A DNA stretch of 64,000 nucleotides from Psammoneis japonica (taxonomy: Eukaryota): NCBI GenBank assembly GCA_008632985.1, contig QPGO01000028.1, forward strand, positions 1-64,000. Direction: 5' to 3'. Within the stretch, counting starts at the first letter, position 1; every line of letters begins with the position of its first letter. Position numbers and translations under genes: made by a program. Below, piece by piece: positions 58,807 through 64,000 of this stretch. The notes below the pieces were generated by a model. The model searched no databases. It was not told where the DNA came from and worked only from the letters and a program-made list of their open reading frames with translations.

Positions 58807-61800
58807 TCATCCTGTGTTCACCAGTTTGGAACGAATATTTCTGATCCTGCGACCTTTTGTATCCAAAACCACTTCAATGCTGGTTGATTTCCGGGAGACA
58901 CGCAACCCGTGGTCTTGCTGTGAAACCGCTTCCATGCTGTCTGATTTCCGGGAGATGCGCCAAGCTTCGTTTTGTGGCAATGCCGCCGTTATTGTGCTGT
59001 TGTTCGGTTCTGGGGATGGAATTTCAATCGTGGTGTTTAGGGAAACAAGCAACGTCTCCTTTCCACCTTGATACGAAATCATGACTTTCAACAAGGAGTG
59101 AACTCCCTTTTTCGCCGCAGCTTTCAGGCTGGGAAAGCTACCCTTCACTCTAGACTTTTGGAACATGCCTGGCATTAGCTGAGTTGTTGTTGTTCGGTAT
59201 ACTGTTTTGCCGGAACGTTTCAACTTTGGCGTGATTGAGGCCAAAACAGGATCTGTCACGTGCACGTACTTGGCGTCTTTACTATCTCGGTTCACATAAC
59301 CAGGGATGGCCAAAAGCTCTTCCCTTTCATAGCTTGAGGCACCGTACCGTTGGTAGTCATTGTTTTTGCAGTAGTTCAGCAGGTAATCCGGGGATGGATT
59401 GAACGCTTGGCAGTAAAGAGGAAACTGCTTCGTCCAGGCCAAGTATGTACAGCAGCTGAAACGAGTGTTTACTGCTCCAACTGGATCGGTTAGTCCATTC
59501 ATGAAAGTGTTACCTGCGACAAAAAGGGCGTTGTTTCCGCACCCAGGAATGCACTCCACCGGCTCGTAGCCCGCTGGTGTATTTTCCGCTCCCATTAAAT
59601 CGGACCACTTTTCACATGAATTTGTCCCGTCGCAATTAGGTTCAAAGTCCTTCCCGCCCCCGGACGCGTATTCGTCGGTTAGATCAAAAAGGGAATGACC
59701 TACAGGATTGGAATCAAAAACGTTAATTGAGATCATGCGCAGCACGATTACTGGAAGTGCTCAGCAAAGAAAAAAGCAATAACGTACCAAGCTCGTGAAC
59801 CAGAACAAGCGGGGAGGCGGGATGGGTCGACGCCGTAGCAATGTTTTGGTCTGTATACCCAGCGCCGCCATATATGCTTGACTTATGAAGGACGACAGTC
59901 TGGAGATTCGAGCTGAGAGGAAAGCATTTGCTGGCCAACGCGTGGGTTCGGGTGACATCGCAGCTAAATCGTAAAAAGAAAACACCAGGTAAGTGACGCA
60001 CTGTAGACACGTTGAAGCCTCCGTCTCGTTTCGAAACAAAAAAGCTTACCACAGAAGCCGATCGATTCCATCGCAACCCAGTTCACAAAACGATAAGTCG
60101 AGCTTCCGAGGGCTCACCATAAAAATGTTGAGGCTGTCGATCTTCTTTGCAAACACTTCATAATTCTCCATAAAACGATAGGTGTTTTGAACCGTCGACC
60201 GCCATTCTTTACGACCGACAGAGTCAAACGCAGATGCAACAAATACAATGTTGATCGCGTTCTTATGAAACGGATTTCCATAATTGTGCTTGATTGGGTA
60301 GCAGTCTGGAGTGGCCATGCAAACGCCGTTTCTACATGTATTCGACTTGCAATCGATAGCACCTGAGCAAGCCTCTCCAACAGCCCCTTGGCCTATTCTC
60401 TGCGCATCCGACACCGCCGTCTCTACTGAAGGTGATTTGCTTGGCAGTAGTGTCGCCTTCTCGGTAGGTGCTTTGTAGGTGACGTGGATTGAAGAAGAGT
60501 TGGAGCCGTCGCGGTGTGAAGCATTGTTGGCGTTTTGCTCGGTTCGTTTGTTTTTGCCTTTGTCGGATTGATAGAAGGGGCTATCGTTGGTTGCGGCGTC
60601 GGTCTCACCGTAGGACTCGTCGTGGGCGTCGGTGACAGAGTTGGTTGCGGACTAGGAGGCGATGACGGTTTATCAGATGGTTTCTGGGATGGCTTGGTTG
60701 TTGGTGCTTTGGTCGGAGTCTCTGTTGGCAAAGGAGAGGGCATTGTAGTTGGGGCTCTAGACAGATCTTTTGTCGGCGACGGAGTGGGTCTTGCAGTTGG
60801 AATGTTTGTTGGGTTTCTCGTAACGACACGTACTGTAGGAGCCGGTGTCGTTGGGGGTAAGGGCTTCCACAGAAAGAGGTGGGGCTGGTTTCGGTTTAGG
60901 GTTTCTCCGGTGTTGTAAGTTAGTATGTAACTCCTACGCCACCTTTTTGAATCCCATAGAAACAATCTAACGGCTTGATCATTGTACTGGGCAGTTAGAG
61001 CAACGTCGTTATTACTGGGAGACGAAGTGAGTGTCAATGAGTTTGGTCCAAATCTGTACTTTGGGATCTTGTATTCATCGGACCACGCGTTTGACCAGAT
61101 TCTGTATCTGATCGTATCACCATGAGCATACGCAGCCATCGCCCTGCCAGAGGTCCCCTCAAATGTCACTGCAGCGCCGTGAAATGTCCTGTCCAACGGT
61201 GTTTCAGGCGCAGCTGTTACGATTGATCCCCATGTAGAAGTACCGTCCCAAATAGCAAGCCAAACACTATTGTATGAGTACGAAGTCACCGCAATAGAAA
61301 GTCGATTACTTGACGGATCAGCGCCCACCCCGACAGTTTTTATTGTTCCGTTCTTGAAACCATCGTCTCTGAAGTCTGCCGGTAGCCCTACAAAGGCCTC
61401 GTCACCCCAACCAACACTGTCCCAGATTCTATATAGCAAAAACGAAGTATTTGCTTCATTAAACACCATCGCTCTGCCACTCTTTTGTTCATATGCAACG
61501 TTTACGCTTCTGGAGGTTCCAAAGGGCGATGTCAATTCGATCCCATTATCCCAGCTAGTGCCATTCCATACATGCAGTAATTGCGAGCGCCTCGCACACC
61601 TCCCACAAGCATGATCTCGTTAGAAATAGGACTTGCCGTGAGGCGCAGCTCCAGGTGTTCGCCTCCTGTTACCGGCGTATCAATTTTTTGTTCTTTGCTC
61701 CAGAACGACCCATTCCATGTTCGGTAGACTGTTCTCTCGCCGTTTCTCCATACCAAGAGAGCATTTCCACTTATAGACTCATAGCATACATCAAAGATGC

Positions 61801-62169
61801 TAAAATATGAAGCCCTGCGTTGTTGTTTAGCGGAGAAAAGGGGAGGTAGTTCCAGGATTTCCCGTTGTACATTTGTCCTGAAACCACATTACCGATGACA
61901 CTTACCCCCACGACAATCGTCTCCTCTCGTATTGGTGAGTAAGCGCCCCGAACAATTCTCCATCTTGATCCAGTGCTCTTCATTCGGTCTGCTGCCGGCA
62001 CTAATCTATTCCCATTCCAAACCGCCGAGCCCGGTGGAGCGTCATCTGCATTTGCCCAAACGACAATTCCATCATCACCAATTGCGTGAGCAACCTTTAC
62101 CAAATCAAACGCCATCACCAGAATCACCAGCATGAACCCTGCATTATTGAAACACCTCGACACATTCAT
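58807..62169 (-). CDS. Secreted multidomain protein: Trp-rich beta-repeat region, Pro/Thr stalk, Cys-rich module, peptidase M64-like metalloprotease
   Basis: WNG/WDG repeats, PTxxP repeats, CSGAIDCKSNTCRNGVC and INIVFV. The motif VHELG|HSLFDLTDEY is reconstituted across an intron (~59701-59787). Several frameshifts and introns. Confidence 0.7.
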
Positions 62170-62569
62170 TTCACATGGCCTGCAGTTGTGTCTTCTTGCT
62201 ATCCAAATAATAGAGACTGCACCGGCATAGATCTAAGCCCCATGTGCTGAATTGAAAAAATGATGAGAGTTCGCGCTTTTCAGCAAGAGAAAGTCACAAG
62301 AGAGTCATTGTTCATTGCCAAAATGTCTTACATAGTGCTGGCGCTTTTCCACGAACCGTCCAGTCCCACTTGGGTAGCGAATTTGAGTCGTTATTCGCGA
62401 ACAAAATTGTCCACCACGAACATGGTACGGAAACCAAGTCCGCAAAGAGCCACACCTAACAACGACAACACATTGCAGAAATGATGAGGATGGACTTGTA
62501 TTTCCGTGATTCATCGTGTGGTGGCTCACCGTGTCGATTTCTCATAATTTTTTATCCGCAACAACAGCC

Positions 62570-63751
62570 ATGCGTATCGTTTCGCTCGGACACGGCACCT
62601 TTCCCGAGGATGGACCAGTAACCTTTTTTCCAAACGACGAGGCTGAGTTATGGAATGACGACGGAAGGCTATCACTTACTTGGTCATCAGATGATTCGTG
62701 GTCGTCATCGTGGTCTTCCAATGCAAGTTCTTCTTCGTCGTCATGCAATCGTACTCAGGAGGAGTCTTTTGTAGGAGGCTTTCAAATGGAAATTCATGAT
62801 ATTGTCGATACGATTGAAGACAAGATTGTGGTATTATCCCCAACGAAAGCCTCTCCTGTGCCCAATAATCTGTACAAGACGTTCTTTATGAGATGCTCTG
62901 ATTTGGATATTGATTTGCCACGTGTTGAAGGTAACTACAAGGTTGCCTCTCAGAATTCAGAACGAGGAATTCATCACGAAGACGAGAATGAACCGTGGGT
63001 AGCACTCAGTACTGGCGATGGTCAGCATTCATCGCTTGGGCCTGTTGCCACTCAAGCCTTGATCAAGACTGGTCTAGATATTGCTATGGATGCATCCATC
63101 TGGAGTCCCGAAAAGAAAACGGAAAAGCTATTGGCGGCTAAAACGTACAAGGCTTTGGGGTTTGGATTCGAAAACATTCCTAATGTAGTCAATACTCATG
63201 ACGACGTCTTGGTGTGGACCGGATCCATATCCAAAGACGATTTGCCAGCCGTACGATCGGTTGGAATTATCAATTCGAATGCAAAAGCCGTCTTGGACTT
63301 GCTCATGGATAGTTCTCGAGTCAAGGAATACAACAAGATGAGCATTGGTCGTCGAGATCTCGTGGTCTTGCAGGATGATGATGATGCCACCACCAAAATT
63401 GTGCAAAGTGACACAAAGCCACCGCTATTGCGAAAGATTCTACGGTTTGAGAGCCTACTGCACGCTCAGAAACTCGACGATAACGCGGGGTACGTGATTG
63501 TCACTCGTGCCGTAAAGACGACGCTAGGTGGAGAATCAGATGACAACGACTCGGATGATGATTCCAACATTTTATACAGCAAAGTGCTGTTGGGAGTCAA
63601 CATGATTCGAAACCTACAAGAAAACCGCTGCATCCTGATCAATGTTCATCACCTACGACCTCCTCCCAAGGTTCCTGCCGTCATGGCAAAAACGTTTGGA
63701 CTTACAGCCGCTGTCAACTTTATTCACGACATTCGCAAAGCCTTGCGCTAG
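62570..63751 (+). CDS. START-like lipid-binding domain protein
   Basis: LPAVRSVGII...LLMDSSRVKEYNKMSIGR...TKIV...GYVIVTRA...LLGVN pattern of stramenopile START-fold proteins. Confidence 0.7.
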   Translation: MRIVSLGHGTFPEDGPVTFFPNDEAELWNDDGRLSLTWSSDDSWSSSWSSNASSSSSSCNRTQEESFVGGFQMEIHDIVDTIEDKIVVLSPTKASPVPNNLYKTFFMRCSDLDIDLPRVEGNYKVASQNSERGIHHEDENEPWVALSTGDGQHSSLGPVATQALIKTGLDIAMDASIWSPEKKTEKLLAAKTYKALGFGFENIPNVVNTHDDVLVWTGSISKDDLPAVRSVGIINSNAKAVLDLLMDSSRVKEYNKMSIGRRDLVVLQDDDDATTKIVQSDTKPPLLRKILRFESLLHAQKLDDNAGYVIVTRAVKTTLGGESDDNDSDDDSNILYSKVLLGVNMIRNLQENRCILINVHHLRPPPKVPAVMAKTFGLTAAVNFIHDIRKALR

Positions 63752-64000
63752 AGAGTCACGAACGTTCGGTAGGTAATAGTGGTTGGTATAATCTATACAT
63801 TCAGTACAGTAGCAGCCCTCTTTCGCTTATTCAATATCTTTTTTAGCATCCAAAAATTCTGTAGTAAAGGGAATCTTTTCTTCAAAATAATGCTTCTTTT
63901 CCTTGGAAAAGGGCGTTTGATAGATGCGATCAAGCACATCAAATGACTCGTTATCCCGGACTCGACCCCAAATCGTGTGCTGCGTTTCCCACCATGTGGC

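Noticed and set aside
22228..62169. Frameshifts in the LRR, INPP4, BTB, FIST, SQD2 and M64 genes as pseudogenisation or programmed frameshifting
   Set aside because: They are mostly single-base deletions, often in homopolymers, and occur even in conserved SQD2. This pattern is typical of under-polished long-read assembly, though read-level confirmation is needed.

Overview
Eukaryotic genomic DNA, most consistent with a pennate diatom: short GT-AG introns, plastid-targeted SQD2, class C GPCR, DUF6824 and MATH-BTB-SAP families. It holds about 17 recognisable genes or gene copies, many broken by 1-nt indels that are probably assembly errors. It also holds three inverted paralog pairs and a complete 5.5-kb PIF/Harbinger transposon (16517-22054) whose CAG target-site duplication is confirmed by an empty paralogous site. 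The main observation is five domains (~1-1130, ~6720-9620, 13163-~17420, ~43330-45280, ~47160-51970; roughly a quarter of the window) where TpA is almost absent and CpG is strongly depleted, both replaced by TpG/CpA. Hand alignment of relics in these domains to intact paralogs in this window shows TA->TG/CA (A>G / T>C) as well as CG->TG/CA changes. At domain edges TA is lost while CG is kept. This looks like a regional hypermutation process acting on repeats and dead gene copies, opposite in direction to fungal RIP and not explained by 5mC deamination alone. All counts and alignments were done by eye; no databases were searched.
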